A stretch of 64,000 nt of DNA from an uncultured cyanobacterium (GTDB lineage: Bacteria > Cyanobacteriota > Cyanobacteriia > Cyanobacteriales > Cyanobacteriaceae): positions 128,001 to 192,000 of the forward strand of contig CAVQBA010000005.1 of assembly GCA_963710605.1 (NCBI GenBank), read 5' to 3'. The notes under the pieces were generated by a model that was given only the letters and a program-made list of their open reading frames with translations, searched no databases and was not told the origin of the DNA. Below are positions 1 through 10,393 of this stretch, one piece after another. The first letter of the stretch is position 1. Every line of letters begins with the position of its first letter. The translations under genes were made by a program, and so were the position numbers.

Positions 1-528
1 AACAGTTTTTAGCTTGAATCCAGATTCAATATCTCTGGAGTTGTGAAACTTAAGCACGCCTAGTTTTGGCAGTTTAATTGTGCTTTCCACTAAGTTTTTA
101 TCTGGCACTTTGGGGAAGGTAAAGGTGCGATATCTAGCTTTATTTTTAAAGCGAGGTCGCCCACTTCTGTTGCCTTTTGAGTCTCCAGATTTGAATCTAT
201 CAAACGCTAAGTTAACCCTTTTAACGCAGTCTTGAAGTACCTGAGAATATAATTCTCGATACCAAGGTCGCTCCTGCTTAAGTTGAGGCAAGGTAGCTGA
301 CTGGCTGTGCCAATCGGGGTTGTTTCTTAACTCTCCACTGCCTATTTCACACCACCGAGCGCAATAGTTGCCTTGAGGAATTACCAGATTACAGCGATTC
401 ATTTGCCACCAGCGAAATCTATCAGCCAACAAATAGTTGTACTGATGACGTAACATATCCAACCATCGGTCAATTTCTTGACGCTGGCTAGCTGTGGGAA
501 TCAATTTGTACTGGTAGGTTTTTCTCAT
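1..528 (-). CDS. tnpB: IS200/IS605 TnpB RNA-guided nuclease, N-terminal part (runs off window; not in ORF track)
   Basis: Manual translation from ATG at 528: MRKTYQYKLIPTASQRQEIDRWLDMLRHQYNYLLADRF...LPQLKQERPWYRELYSQVLQDCVKRVNLAFDRF...GRPRFK...IKLPKLG; open to position 1. Confidence 0.95.
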   Translation of the reverse strand, partial: MRKTYQYKLIPTASQRQEIDRWLDMLRHQYNYLLADRFRWWQMNRCNLVIPQGNYCARWCEIGSGELRNNPDWHSQSATLPQLKQERPWYRELYSQVLQDCVKRVNLAFDRFKSGDSKGNRSGRPRFKNKARYRTFTFPKVPDKNLVESTIKLPKLGVLKFHNSRDIESGFKLKTV

Positions 529-1018
529 GGTAAGATACAGTTTATTATTAACTGTACATAAAAGTCAAGCTTTGAAAATTAACTATCGTAGTAGTCGTAG
601 AGCAGTGTTTAATTTAACCGTTCACATTGTTCTAGTAACAAAGTACCGACGAAAGGTGATTGATGCTGCTATGAAAACAGAATTAGAGCTTGTGTTCAAT
701 TCGGTATTAACTTCTTGGGACAGTGAGTTACTCGAGTTTAATTGTGAGTCAGACCACGCTCATTTAATCGTGTCATTCCCACCACACAAGCTTTTAAGTA
801 GTTTAATATCTAATTTAAAAGCCACATCATCAAAGACAATGTGGCGCAAGTTCGAGTCAAAAGTTTCTCCGTTCTACAGCAAGAGAGTTTTTTGGACGGG
901 TGCGTATTTTGTAGCAAGCTGCGGAGGAGTTACGATAGATGTACTGAAAAAATATGTCCAAAACCAAGATTCTCCACCACCCAAGCCAGCCCAAAATTCA
1001 TCCCATCACGGGACGTGA
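527..1018 (+). CDS. tnpA: IS200/IS605 TnpA Y1 (HUH) transposase; true start may be ~45 nt downstream
   Basis: HIVLVTKYRR, HUH motif DHAHL, FWTGAYFVASCGG, catalytic Tyr in KKYVQNQ. Confidence 0.95.
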   Translation: MVRYSLLLTVHKSQALKINYRSSRRAVFNLTVHIVLVTKYRRKVIDAAMKTELELVFNSVLTSWDSELLEFNCESDHAHLIVSFPPHKLLSSLISNLKATSSKTMWRKFESKVSPFYSKRVFWTGAYFVASCGGVTIDVLKKYVQNQDSPPPKPAQNSSHHGT

Positions 1019-1244
1019 GGATCTTCTTTTGGAAGAAAAGATAAATAATGATTAAATACAGTTTGGTTGCTTTGATTATACAAGTTTAGACAACTACAAA
1101 CAAAATTGTACCAAAATATAATACTTTTTACTTGTTGTTTAGAGATGGAGAGTAAACTCTACAATACAATCAAAATGAATCAAGTTTGATTATGTCAAAA
1201 TAGATGTAATACATATAAATGAGCTAAAAATTGATTATTAACTA

Positions 1245-1796
1245 ATGAATATTAATTGGGATAAACTAGCACAAGTACCAGAATTGCACTCTTATTTTGA
1301 GGAAGACTTTTCCGGGTTTAAAAATAAAATTGAAAAATACTTACAACAATGGTCAAATATCAGTGAGGAAGACTTAGATAAATTAGCCATATTAAGAGCA
1401 TTAGAAGTTACCAATGGTTGTACCCAATGGGCGCATCGTCGAGGAGATGAAGAGTCTTTATCTCTTGAGCAAACCCGTAAATGTATGAAGCTATCCATGT
1501 CTTCAATTAAAAATAAACAAATTGATTTAACTAATGGTGAATCGATTACTTTTTCGCCTCAAATGCAAGAGTTAATTGAAGATGGTAGAGAAATTTATAT
1601 AAATGCTTTTAAAAATAATGTACCAGATCAAGACCGAGAATTTTATGCCTTATCTGCCGCTCAATTTCTCACTTACGGTAAACCAAGAATGAAAAAAGCG
1701 TTTTTGCTCATTCGTGATAATTATGAAGATTATTTTACTGATTTCTATCTAGCAAAAGGAGTTAGTTATGTTGTACCTTATTTACAAGCAGTTTAA
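1245..1796 (+). CDS. hypothetical protein (183 aa)
   Basis: Clean ORF with protein-like composition; no motif recognised. Confidence 0.7.
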   Translation: MNINWDKLAQVPELHSYFEEDFSGFKNKIEKYLQQWSNISEEDLDKLAILRALEVTNGCTQWAHRRGDEESLSLEQTRKCMKLSMSSIKNKQIDLTNGESITFSPQMQELIEDGREIYINAFKNNVPDQDREFYALSAAQFLTYGKPRMKKAFLLIRDNYEDYFTDFYLAKGVSYVVPYLQAV

Positions 1797-1953
1797 AAAA
1801 TTAATCGTTGAACTTGAGAGATTTGATTTAACATTATTAAATAAACATCTTGCATATTTAACAAAACCTCAATGTTAGCGATTAATAACTAAACGATCGA
1901 TCTAATTAACTAATCGCTAACTAAAAAAACATAATAATTAATTACTTAATTAC

Positions 1954-2274
1954 TTAATTACTTTGACCAAATTGACGATCGTAAACCTCATCTTCTTTCC
2001 CTGTTTCCACCTTCAGATTCGATCGAGGATAAGAAACACATAATAAAGCATAACCCTCAGCCTGCAAATCAGGAGATAAACCCATCCCCTCACTTTGCTC
2101 AACTTCACCACTAATAATTTTCGCCGCACAAGTGGTACAAACTCCAGCATTACAAGAAGAAGGAAGAGGTAAATCTTGCTCTTGAGCAACATCTAAAATT
2201 TTCTTGTCTTCGGGGACTTCAATTGTATAATTTTCCCCAGCGTTACTAATTTCTACCGTATAAACCTGACTCAT
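1954..2274 (-). CDS. plant-type 2Fe-2S ferredoxin with short C-terminal extension
   Basis: SCNAGVCTTC...LLCVSYPRS; tail EDEVYDRQFG. Confidence 0.92.
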   Translation of the reverse strand: MSQVYTVEISNAGENYTIEVPEDKKILDVAQEQDLPLPSSCNAGVCTTCAAKIISGEVEQSEGMGLSPDLQAEGYALLCVSYPRSNLKVETGKEDEVYDRQFGQSN

Positions 2275-2431
2275 AAAATTTTTTTGATGCTTTCGTTATT
2301 AGATCACAAATCATGATTATACCTTAGATGAAGGATGAAGGATGAATAATTAATAGACCTCTTGCAAAAATACGAACAAAATGAGAGAAAATAAGTTAAA
2401 AGCTAATTTTAAATTATACCCACTTAAAACA

Positions 2432-3148
2432 CTATCTCAAAAAAGTACCGAAAAGATCGCTCAGATAATAACTTTTACTAGAAGTACGTTTATATATCAC
2501 AAAGATATACCAAAAAATAAAACTCAACACAAACATCTCACCACCATCTTCGGTTACGGCAAAAACTAAATCTAATATCGGATCTGACTTTACCATTGAA
2601 TGCAACATATCAACAACAATACCGAAAAAAGCTAAGACTAAAATCAGAAGACATAAATCTTGAGATATTTTCCTAAATACTTTTGTTCCATTTTTATAAC
2701 TCCAAACAAGAAGAAACAACAGACAAATACCAGCTATTGCGGTAGTTACAAGCTCACCAATATCTTGAAGACGTAACCCAAGTGGAGGAATAAAATCCAG
2801 TTTTTCGGCGATGACTTTACCTACTTTTTCGTGTATTTCTAGCGAGTCATCAGCAAGAAAGTAAATGAATATTATTTCCCAAGTAATATAACGAAGCGAT
2901 CGTTTTTTCCATGAGACAAGTGTCAGTAAAGCAATTATCCAGAACATTTTTAAATACTGAAATTTTTCTGGATAACCTCCATCTTTGGTAATCATGAATA
3001 CAGCACGGGTATCGCCGGGTGTGAAAACATCAACGCAATGTTTGATAATAAAAGCAAGATCGATACTTAAAAACAAAATTAAAAACAATGATGCAATAGG
3101 TATATTGAAAGCCTGTAAATATTTCCTAATTGAAATTACTTTTGCCAT
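2432..3148 (-). CDS. integral membrane protein of unknown function
   Basis: About 6 hydrophobic segments; DDSLEIHE and EDGGEM motifs. Confidence 0.7.
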   Translation of the reverse strand: MAKVISIRKYLQAFNIPIASLFLILFLSIDLAFIIKHCVDVFTPGDTRAVFMITKDGGYPEKFQYLKMFWIIALLTLVSWKKRSLRYITWEIIFIYFLADDSLEIHEKVGKVIAEKLDFIPPLGLRLQDIGELVTTAIAGICLLFLLVWSYKNGTKVFRKISQDLCLLILVLAFFGIVVDMLHSMVKSDPILDLVFAVTEDGGEMFVLSFIFWYIFVIYKRTSSKSYYLSDLFGTFLR

Positions 3149-3396
3149 GAATTGTAATTTTAACTAATTATTATCTGTGAGTTAAGGTCTGATTAAAAAT
3201 TAATAGGGTTATTGTATAGTAATGGCAAGATTATGTACACTGAATTGTTTATTATTTAATCTCTAATTCGTTTTTTAGTTAGTAATTCTGAAGCTTATTC
3301 ACACTAACTCGATCGTTATTTATTTTTTAAAAGCTAGATTCAGTAATACCTTTGACTCTTAATCAAATTAACTGGCAATAGGTTATATTCAGCTAT

Positions 3397-4179
3397 TTAA
3401 ATCGATCGATAAATAAATGCTTGGCAAACTACCAAACTTATAGATAGACAAATAACAAGTACAGAAGCAATCCAATGAGATGTTTTGACTTGAGCAGTTT
3501 TTCTGCCTGATAGAAATCGATATTGTTGCCCATATCCTCTTAATTTCATCGCTTGATATACCCTTTGTGAATCGTCATAGCTTCTAATAAGTAAACTACC
3601 AATCAAATTAGTCACGATCGTTAACTGCCGACTGTTATAATGATGTAAGCTAAAACCTTTGAGTCTTAAAGCTTTTTTCATCGTATCTAATCGATCGCTA
3701 AATTGTTCTAAATAACGATAAGTCAATAACATCATATCGGCAATTACAGGCGAAAGACCAAAAGAATTAAAACTTTTAATCAAAGTTAAAAAAGAAGAAG
3801 TAGCTAACAAAACCAAAGTAGTTGTCAGAATGCAAACAAAACGAGTAACTACAACTAACATCAAGATACAACCTTCTCTTTTGATATCTAAACCAGCCCA
3901 AGAAAAAATTACATCTTCACCCGTCAAAAACGGAAGCAAAATAACTACTCCTAAAATAAACATCCCTGGATAACGCAGACGATGAAACAAAAAACTCAAC
4001 GGTAGTTTAGAAAGCAGATAAATCAAAGCCGTAATAACAATAATAATCGGTAAAAAAGCTAACTGATTAATAAAAGTAAAACTAAAAATTAAAGCAATAA
4101 AAGCGATTAATTTAGGGCGACATTGCCAACGATGAAGACAAGAATCTAATTGTAAATATTTTTCTAAACCAAGTTTCAC
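3397..4179 (-). CDS. cbiQ: cobalt/nickel ECF transporter T component
   Basis: DSCLHRW..RPKLI, LTYRYL, LRLKGF, GSLLIRSYD..QRVYQAMKLRGY; start placed at GTG 4179 because the ORF-track extension is a heptamer repeat. Confidence 0.9.
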   Translation of the reverse strand: MKLGLEKYLQLDSCLHRWQCRPKLIAFIALIFSFTFINQLAFLPIIIVITALIYLLSKLPLSFLFHRLRYPGMFILGVVILLPFLTGEDVIFSWAGLDIKREGCILMLVVVTRFVCILTTTLVLLATSSFLTLIKSFNSFGLSPVIADMMLLTYRYLEQFSDRLDTMKKALRLKGFSLHHYNSRQLTIVTNLIGSLLIRSYDDSQRVYQAMKLRGYGQQYRFLSGRKTAQVKTSHWIASVLVICLSISLVVCQAFIYRSI

Positions 4180-4182
4180 GAT

Positions 4183-4231
4183 GATAGTTGATAGTTGATA
4201 GTTGATAGTTGATAGTTGATAGTTGATAGTT
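4183..4231. repeat. heptamer tandem repeat (GATAGTT)x7, cyanobacterial STRR
   Basis: Seven perfect copies read directly. Confidence 0.95.
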
Positions 4232-4306
4232 GACAATTAATATTTTTTACTTCTTACTTCATCCCTCATCCTTCATATTTCATCCTTTGCACGAGTGCTG
4301 TCGTTA

Positions 4307-4945
4307 TTAATTTTTGAGCATTTCGGGTTTTACTTTTGTTAGTAGATTAATTAACATGACAGTAAGAATACCTTCAATAATTGCCTGAATTCCATACCCG
4401 ATTAAAGAAGCTAAAATAGCAGTTTTCTCTGTATCAATATCTAAATCAGGTGCAATATTTGTCAAAGTAACAAATACAAAAATCAAAGCTGATAAAAAGA
4501 TACTACTTGTAGAAGAGATAAAAGCTAAAAGATTATAGAATAAAGGCTTTTTAAAAATAGCTACTTTTCGTAATGACCAAATATAATAAGCGATAATTGA
4601 AGGTACACCCATAATAATCGCATTAACTCCTAAAGTTGATAAACCACCGTGTTGAAAAAATATTGTCTGGAATAATAAACCAATCAAAATAGCAGGAAAA
4701 GCATAGTAACCTAAAATCATCCCCATCAATCCATTTAAAACTAAATGAATACTGAAAGGAGGGATAGGAATATGTATTAAAGAAGCCACAAAAAAAGCGG
4801 CTGTCAGTAAAGATGCCTTAGGTATTTCCTCAGGAGAATTAGAATGTCGATTTATTTGGCGTAGAGAAAACCAAGTTATTCCACCAGTAATTGCATAGCT
4901 AGAAATACAAACAGAAGGTGGTAATAATCCGTCAGGAATATGCAT
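4307..4945 (-). CDS. cbiM: cobalt/nickel ECF transporter S component
   Basis: N-terminal MHIPDG; FFQHGGLSTLGVN. Confidence 0.95.
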   Translation of the reverse strand: MHIPDGLLPPSVCISSYAITGGITWFSLRQINRHSNSPEEIPKASLLTAAFFVASLIHIPIPPFSIHLVLNGLMGMILGYYAFPAILIGLLFQTIFFQHGGLSTLGVNAIIMGVPSIIAYYIWSLRKVAIFKKPLFYNLLAFISSTSSIFLSALIFVFVTLTNIAPDLDIDTEKTAILASLIGYGIQAIIEGILTVMLINLLTKVKPEMLKN

Positions 4946-4951
4946 GAAAAT

Positions 4952-5509
4952 TTAATTAAGAGTTTTGTTTTTACGAGAAAAGAATAAAGCTGTACCCACA
5001 AATCCCCAACTACCCATCATTGCCATTAACAACTTTTGTGGTAGTGATAGCGGTGCTTTATTATCTGTTTGTATCGAAGAAGAATATGTATTTGTCTTGT
5101 TTTCTTCTTCTGAGGCTAGTTTTTTTTCTTCAGGAAGACTATCTGTCTTTAGTTGATTCGCTGATGAGGAAGACAGTTGTGATTGAATCGGGATATTGAT
5201 TACATTACCATGCCCTGCTGAACGAACTTTAACACTCCAGTTTCCTTCGTTATTATAGTCGGGAATAAAACTAAATTTACCTTGTTCATCGGTTAAGCCT
5301 TTTTGCCATGCCACAGAGGGTTTGTCTGGTGCATAAACTACTACTTGAGCATTTACCATTGGTTGCCCATTATCAAATTTAGCTTCAATTGCAATCGCTT
5401 CTGTCGCTTGATACTCAATAATAGTACTATGAGCCAAACTGGGGTTAGGAAAAACAACTGAAGTGATTATTAACCCCAAAGTAAATGCTGGTAATTGTTT
5501 ACGAATCAT
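4952..5509 (-). CDS. CbiL/NikL-like accessory protein (signal peptide, carboxypeptidase-regulatory-like domain, C-terminal TM)
   Basis: AH signal cleavage, AKFDNGQPMVNAQVVVYAP..W..GLTDEQGKF, AGHG, GSWGFVGTALFF; directly upstream of cbiM. Confidence 0.75.
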   Translation of the reverse strand: MIRKQLPAFTLGLIITSVVFPNPSLAHSTIIEYQATEAIAIEAKFDNGQPMVNAQVVVYAPDKPSVAWQKGLTDEQGKFSFIPDYNNEGNWSVKVRSAGHGNVINIPIQSQLSSSSANQLKTDSLPEEKKLASEEENKTNTYSSSIQTDNKAPLSLPQKLLMAMMGSWGFVGTALFFSRKNKTLN

Positions 5510-6354
5510 CTGTATTAGCTCCTTTGAACATTCTTTGTTTTGATTTGTTTTTGAATCTAAGGTATCAACAATGTAATTATTTTCAAATTTTTTTGAGACA
5601 TTTTACGATTAATCTATTATTTATTGTTACTCGAATTCTTTCTTCAAAAATTATTGCCACCTTGTTATCATACTCAAATAAAATTTGTTTTTTGACAATG
5701 CCCTCTTGGGGTATATTCTCTATTTTCCTTCTTTTTACAATTATTAAAACTATCTATTTTTATGACTGATATAAACATTTACCAAAATAAATTAATAACT
5801 ATTGATTTATTTGAAGAAAGGTAAATAAAATAACTGATTTTGACAGGTCAAAAGTAACTGATGTAACGTAATATCCTACAATTAATTTACTTGAAAATAT
5901 TAACTGCTATGATGATGATGATTAATAATAAATGTAAAGAATTATTAATTTGTTTGAATGATGATGAAAATCAAACCAGATGATATTTTATTGAAGGGAA
6001 AAAGCTTGATGGTATCTATCTAAGGGTAGATATTTGAGGTCAGATCGATCGATACTCAAGTATCAACTAATTAAGGAGAATCGGTTGTTAAATGTTAGCC
6101 TTTGATTAACTAAGCCATTACTTTGGCTTCTTTTTTGAGAGAAGAAAGAGTCAACTTAAACAGTTTTAGATGCTCATAAATCCTCTATATATAAGGAGAT
6201 ATTTTTATTTAAAGAATGTAGAGAATAATTTTATTGAACTTTGTTAGTAAAAAGAGATAGAGAAATTAAAAAAATACGATCGATTCTACTGCTTATAGTC
6301 AATAAAAGTAAGTAAAAAATATAATTTCCCGAAACAAAAAACTGTAAAATATGG

Positions 6355-6642
6355 TTAAATAATTTGAGCGATAATCTCTTCTAATTCCGACTTGTCTAAA
6401 CTGGTAATGATAAATACTTCTTGAACACTTTTACCACATCTAGCGATTAATTTATGTCCTCCATAAATTGGTACAGATACCTTTAATCTCATCTTAGGAG
6501 AATGCAATCGAGAACGACTCAACACCGCAGGAGTAATAGTTCTCACTTCATCATATTTTACTAGTTTTTCTAAAATCGGGATCAAACCATCAATATGAGT
6601 TGAGTGATTCCAAACTATTCTACCTTGCGATGGTTTATTCAT
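6355..6642 (-). CDS. DUF2103-like protein
   Basis: GRIVWNHSTHIDGLIPILEKL; ATGA overlap with the restored clpS stop. Confidence 0.8.
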   Translation of the reverse strand: MNKPSQGRIVWNHSTHIDGLIPILEKLVKYDEVRTITPAVLSRSRLHSPKMRLKVSVPIYGGHKLIARCGKSVQEVFIITSLDKSELEEIIAQII

Positions 6643-6945
6643 GCTTGCTCCAACGGTGCCATTGTCAATCCTTCTCTGCGTAATTGTTGGTGATACATTT
6701 CAGCTTGTTCTAATCGGCCCTGTCCAGACTAATGCTTGCCCATCAAAATGAACTTGATTGGTTAATTCCCAAGCTCTATCATCAGATACATTCGGGATAT
6801 ATCTCATTAAGCAATTAGAAACGTGTTCAAATGTATTAAAATCATCATTCAGAACAATTACTTTAAAATTGGGGTAAGTTTTTTTAATAACTTGGGGAGA
6901 TTTAGTTGGAGAAATGATACTAGTTGCCAAAATAGTCGCACTCAT
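6639..6945 (-). CDS. clpS: Clp protease adaptor ClpS (apparent +1 frameshift near 6712)
   Basis: KVIVLNDDFNTFEHV..HFDGQALVWTGP, then in the shifted frame EQAEMYHQQLRREGLTMAPLEQA*. Confidence 0.92.
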
Positions 6946-7061
6946 AACTTAATACAAATAAATTTAGTGATTAAAACTTGAAGATTTCGTTTAACCTTAT
7001 TTTTAATATATACCACATTTTATCTCAATTGTATAGACCTAATATTTAAAATCAGGCTAAT

Positions 7062-7388
7062 TTAAGAACAACTATTAGAACGAGTAGGAGACAATATTGC
7101 TGAGCGTCTAAATTCAGCTAAATACTGTTCTAGAAGTACTAATTGAGCTACATTTAAACTATAATAAGTCCAACGTCCTTGCTGACGGCTGTGAACTAAA
7201 TTAGTCTCACGCAAAGTTTTGAGATGGAAAGATAATTTAGACTGAGGAATATCTAAAATCTGAGTAATTTCACAAACACATAATTCTTTAGTACGTAATA
7301 AATCTAGTACTTGTAATCTAATGTTATCTGATAAAGCATGAAAACCCATTATCAGTAACTCTTGTTGGTTAATAGTAGTTGATGTCAT
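7062..7388 (-). CDS. ArsR/SmtB family regulator
   Basis: FHALSD..R, ELCVCEI, QSKLSFHLKTL, RQQGRWTYYSL. Confidence 0.92.
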   Translation of the reverse strand: MTSTTINQQELLIMGFHALSDNIRLQVLDLLRTKELCVCEITQILDIPQSKLSFHLKTLRETNLVHSRQQGRWTYYSLNVAQLVLLEQYLAEFRRSAILSPTRSNSCS

Positions 7389-7506
7389 CTGTATGCTTAT
7401 AAATTATAAATTGTCATCTAATTATAGAAAAATTAAAGTAATTATGTTGATTGAGCAAAAAAACTCAAGTCAACTTTAAATCAAACTAGTTTTTTCCTGT
7501 AAGCTA

Positions 7507-8160
7507 TTAATCTAGAATTGTACAAACTTTGGCACGATAAAGTAATCTATCTTGATGACGATAACCTAGATAACGAATTTTGACAGGTTGAGCAGATTCA
7601 ACATTAGAATCTGAAGAATAAATTAATTCATGTTCTTGAGGATTATAATCAACTATTTCTCCTACTTTACCAATCGGATAAACTTGCCAATCTAATAATA
7701 AGTCGTTTAATGGTGTTAGTAAAGGTATTAGTTTGCTAACGGGAATACGAGGATTTTTTTCTGAAACATAGATGAATGTTGGCAGTTGCAAGATTAAAGA
7801 CTCTAAGATAGACAATGCTTCTTGTTGATATTCGTATCTTCTGTTGTTTTCTTCTTCTTCTTTTGCTTCTTCCTTTACTTCTTCTTGTTGTAATAGTATT
7901 TGATCACGATCGTTATCTTCACTTAAACTATCAATTAAAGTATTAAGCGAAATTTGTAAACTAGCGGCAATTTTCTTTAAAATTCCCAAAGAAATACTAT
8001 CTAGTAAACCATTTTCCAGACGGTACAATTGTACAGGAGAAATATCAGCGATTTTACTCAATTGCTGATAATTATTAATTTTAGCTTCAGTCATCCATTG
8101 TTGTAAGACAGATGATATATAATTGTGATTACTATTTTTCATAACCAGTTTCTCATTCAA
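7507..8160 (-). CDS. XRE-type HTH protein with C-terminal GrpE-like domain
   Basis: QLYRLENG..LKKIAASL; IGKVGEIVDYNPQEH..VKIRYLGY..LLYRAKV. Confidence 0.75.
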   Translation of the reverse strand: MNEKLVMKNSNHNYISSVLQQWMTEAKINNYQQLSKIADISPVQLYRLENGLLDSISLGILKKIAASLQISLNTLIDSLSEDNDRDQILLQQEEVKEEAKEEEENNRRYEYQQEALSILESLILQLPTFIYVSEKNPRIPVSKLIPLLTPLNDLLLDWQVYPIGKVGEIVDYNPQEHELIYSSDSNVESAQPVKIRYLGYRHQDRLLYRAKVCTILD

Positions 8161-8304
8161 TTTAAATTACAAATAATTAATTCCTAGATTGTTATTAATC
8201 AAATATTATTTTGTCATTTATTAAGGCAAATATATCAGGGCGAATAAATTTGATCTAGTCTTTAACAAATATATATATTTTCTCTTATATTTTCAATATT
8301 ACTA

Positions 8305-9114
8305 ATGACAGAGTTCAATCAATTTCCTCAGATACCTATTTCACCTAGAGTATCGATTAACGAATTTTTTGGGATTAAGCAATATAGTTTATTCCACACT
8401 CTCAAAAAACCACAATTTACCGGTGAATTAAAGCTAATTTCCCCAAGAAAAGAACAATGGACTTTTTATCTTTATTTAGGAAGAATTATTTATGCGACAG
8501 GAGGAAAACATTCGGTAAGAAGATGGTGTAGAAATGTTAACAAAGTTGCCCCTAGTTTGGTTAATCAGTTGTCATCACTTAATAATCACATTTTTGAACA
8601 AACACAATTTAGACGTTATTGGGAATATGAATTAATTAACTATTTACTGACTCAAAATATGATTACCACTGTCCAAATTAATCAAATTATTCGGGGAATA
8701 CTTTTAGAAATTTTTTTTGATATTAGCCAACAAATGGAAGTTGTTTTTGAGCTAACCGAAAATAAACCTTTATCAACTCAATTAGTGTTTATTAATTCTG
8801 ATCAAATTATTCTAGAAGCCGCTGAAGTTTGGAATAAATGGACAGAAGCGAAATTAGCCGATCGTTCTCCTAATTTTAGCCCCATAATCCTTCAATTTCA
8901 AGAGTTGCAAAAACGGACTTCTGCTCATAGTTATCGAATGATGTTTGATTCATTTAATGGGAAAAAAACGCTACGTGATTTGAGTATTGAGTTAAATCAA
9001 GAAATCTCTTTTCTGACTAAAGTTATTTTACCCTACATTCAACGAGGTTTAATCGATTTAGTCGCAATACCTGATTTGCCTTGCCCACTTAAAAAGTTAA
9101 GAGTTAAAAGTTAA
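8305..9114 (+). CDS. PatA N-terminal (PATAN/DUF4388) protein lacking a receiver domain
   Basis: FTGEL, YLGRIIYATGGKHSVRRW, WEYEL, DRSPN, TLRDL; aligns by eye with the N-terminal part of 11479-12669. Confidence 0.85.
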   Translation: MTEFNQFPQIPISPRVSINEFFGIKQYSLFHTLKKPQFTGELKLISPRKEQWTFYLYLGRIIYATGGKHSVRRWCRNVNKVAPSLVNQLSSLNNHIFEQTQFRRYWEYELINYLLTQNMITTVQINQIIRGILLEIFFDISQQMEVVFELTENKPLSTQLVFINSDQIILEAAEVWNKWTEAKLADRSPNFSPIILQFQELQKRTSAHSYRMMFDSFNGKKTLRDLSIELNQEISFLTKVILPYIQRGLIDLVAIPDLPCPLKKLRVKS

Positions 9115-9149
9115 AAGTTAAGAAATTTACTATCTCTAACAGCTAAAAC

Positions 9150-10259
9150 CTAACACCTTAGTAAGTGTTGAATCAAAGCGTCATTTTCAGTTTTTGTACC
9201 AAGAGAAATTCTTAATCCTCCACCTGTATGTCTAATTAAAATACCTTTTGCTTTTAACTGAGCCAAAATCTGATTATGATTATCAACATTGGGATTATTA
9301 GCTAAACGCAAGTAAATAAAATTAGCATCACTTTGCCAAACTTGAAATTGTTCAGACGCATTTAATACGTCATATAAACGGTTTTTTTCAGCCATGAGTT
9401 GTTCTACACTAGGAAGAATAGCATGACGGTTTTCGAGGGCAAATTGAGCAGTTAGCTGAGAAAATGTAGGTAGGTTATAAGGTAAACGAATTTTTTCGAG
9501 AATATTAATTAGATTAGGATGAGCGATGGCATATCCGACTCGATGGGCGGCTAAACGAAAAGCTTTAGAAAAAGTACGTAATATCAACCAATTAGGATTA
9601 TCTGGTAATTCATTTACCAAAGTTTGTTGACTAAACTCATAATAAGCTTCATCAATGACAACTAAGATATCACGATCGAGATTTTTTAACCATTCAATTT
9701 CATCTATCGTCAAACAATTAGCCGTCGGTGAATTAGGATGCACCACAAACACAACCTTGACTGGAGGATTAGTTGTTTGTTTAATCATTTGATTGGCTTT
9801 ATCTATATCCCAACTAAAATCAGACTCTTTTCTGTCGATATTAATCACAGGAATACCCAAAGTCTGTGCCAAAATTCGATACATCGAAAAAGTCGGGTTA
9901 GCAACCATAATTGAACCGTTTTGATTTAAGCTAGTTGCCATCAAAAGCAATCGAATTAGTTCATCAGAACCATTACCTACTGAAATATTTTGATGATTAA
10001 TAATCTGAGTTAAGGATGCACTTTCATTCACATATTCAGCAATCAAACTTTTAAGGCGAAAGTGACTACCATCAGGATAACGATTAGTTTCTAAATTATT
10101 TTCGTAAAATAAAGCTAACTTAGTTTTTAATTCATCAGGAAGATTAAGAGGGCTTTCATTCGCATCTAAGCGAATTAATTTAGTTTGATTTTAATCAATA
10201 GGGGTAGGAGTATAAGCCGATAAACTTAATAAATCTTCCCTAATAAAAGATAAGTCCAT
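9150..10259 (-). CDS. hisC: histidinol-phosphate aminotransferase (in-frame TAA at codon 23, 10191-10193)
   Basis: MDLSFIREDL..AYTP..*..RLDANESP..NRYPDG in frame with GNGSDELI, PNSPT, DEAYYEF, RTFSKAFRLAAHRVGY. Confidence 0.92.
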
Positions 10260-10393
10260 AGGTAATAAATAATTAATAATGAATAATTAATAATGAAGAA
10301 ATTGAGTATAAGTATATTGATTCTCAATTGTGAATTATAAATTTAAAACCAAGAGTAAATTTTTAACTTTCTTAGAGCTTATAGCTGTAATAA

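Larger units (their letters stand above)
1..1040 (-). mobile_element. IS605-type insertion sequence, left part with subterminal hairpin
   Basis: Divergent tnpA/tnpB; imperfect hairpin ATCCCATCACG-GGA-CGTGAGGAT at 1000-1022; on the minus strand TTTAT|CTTTTCTTCCAAAAGAAG precedes the hairpin. Confidence 0.85.

Noticed and set aside
4180-4236. MSTINYQLSTINYQL N-terminal extension of CbiQ
   Set aside because: It is a translation of the (GATAGTT)7 repeat; a GTG start at 4179 fits better
5485-6350. 94-aa ORF, riboswitch or CRISPR array in the long gap
   Set aside because: Low-complexity AT-rich sequence; no B12-box; no repeat-spacer periodicity here or anywhere else in the window
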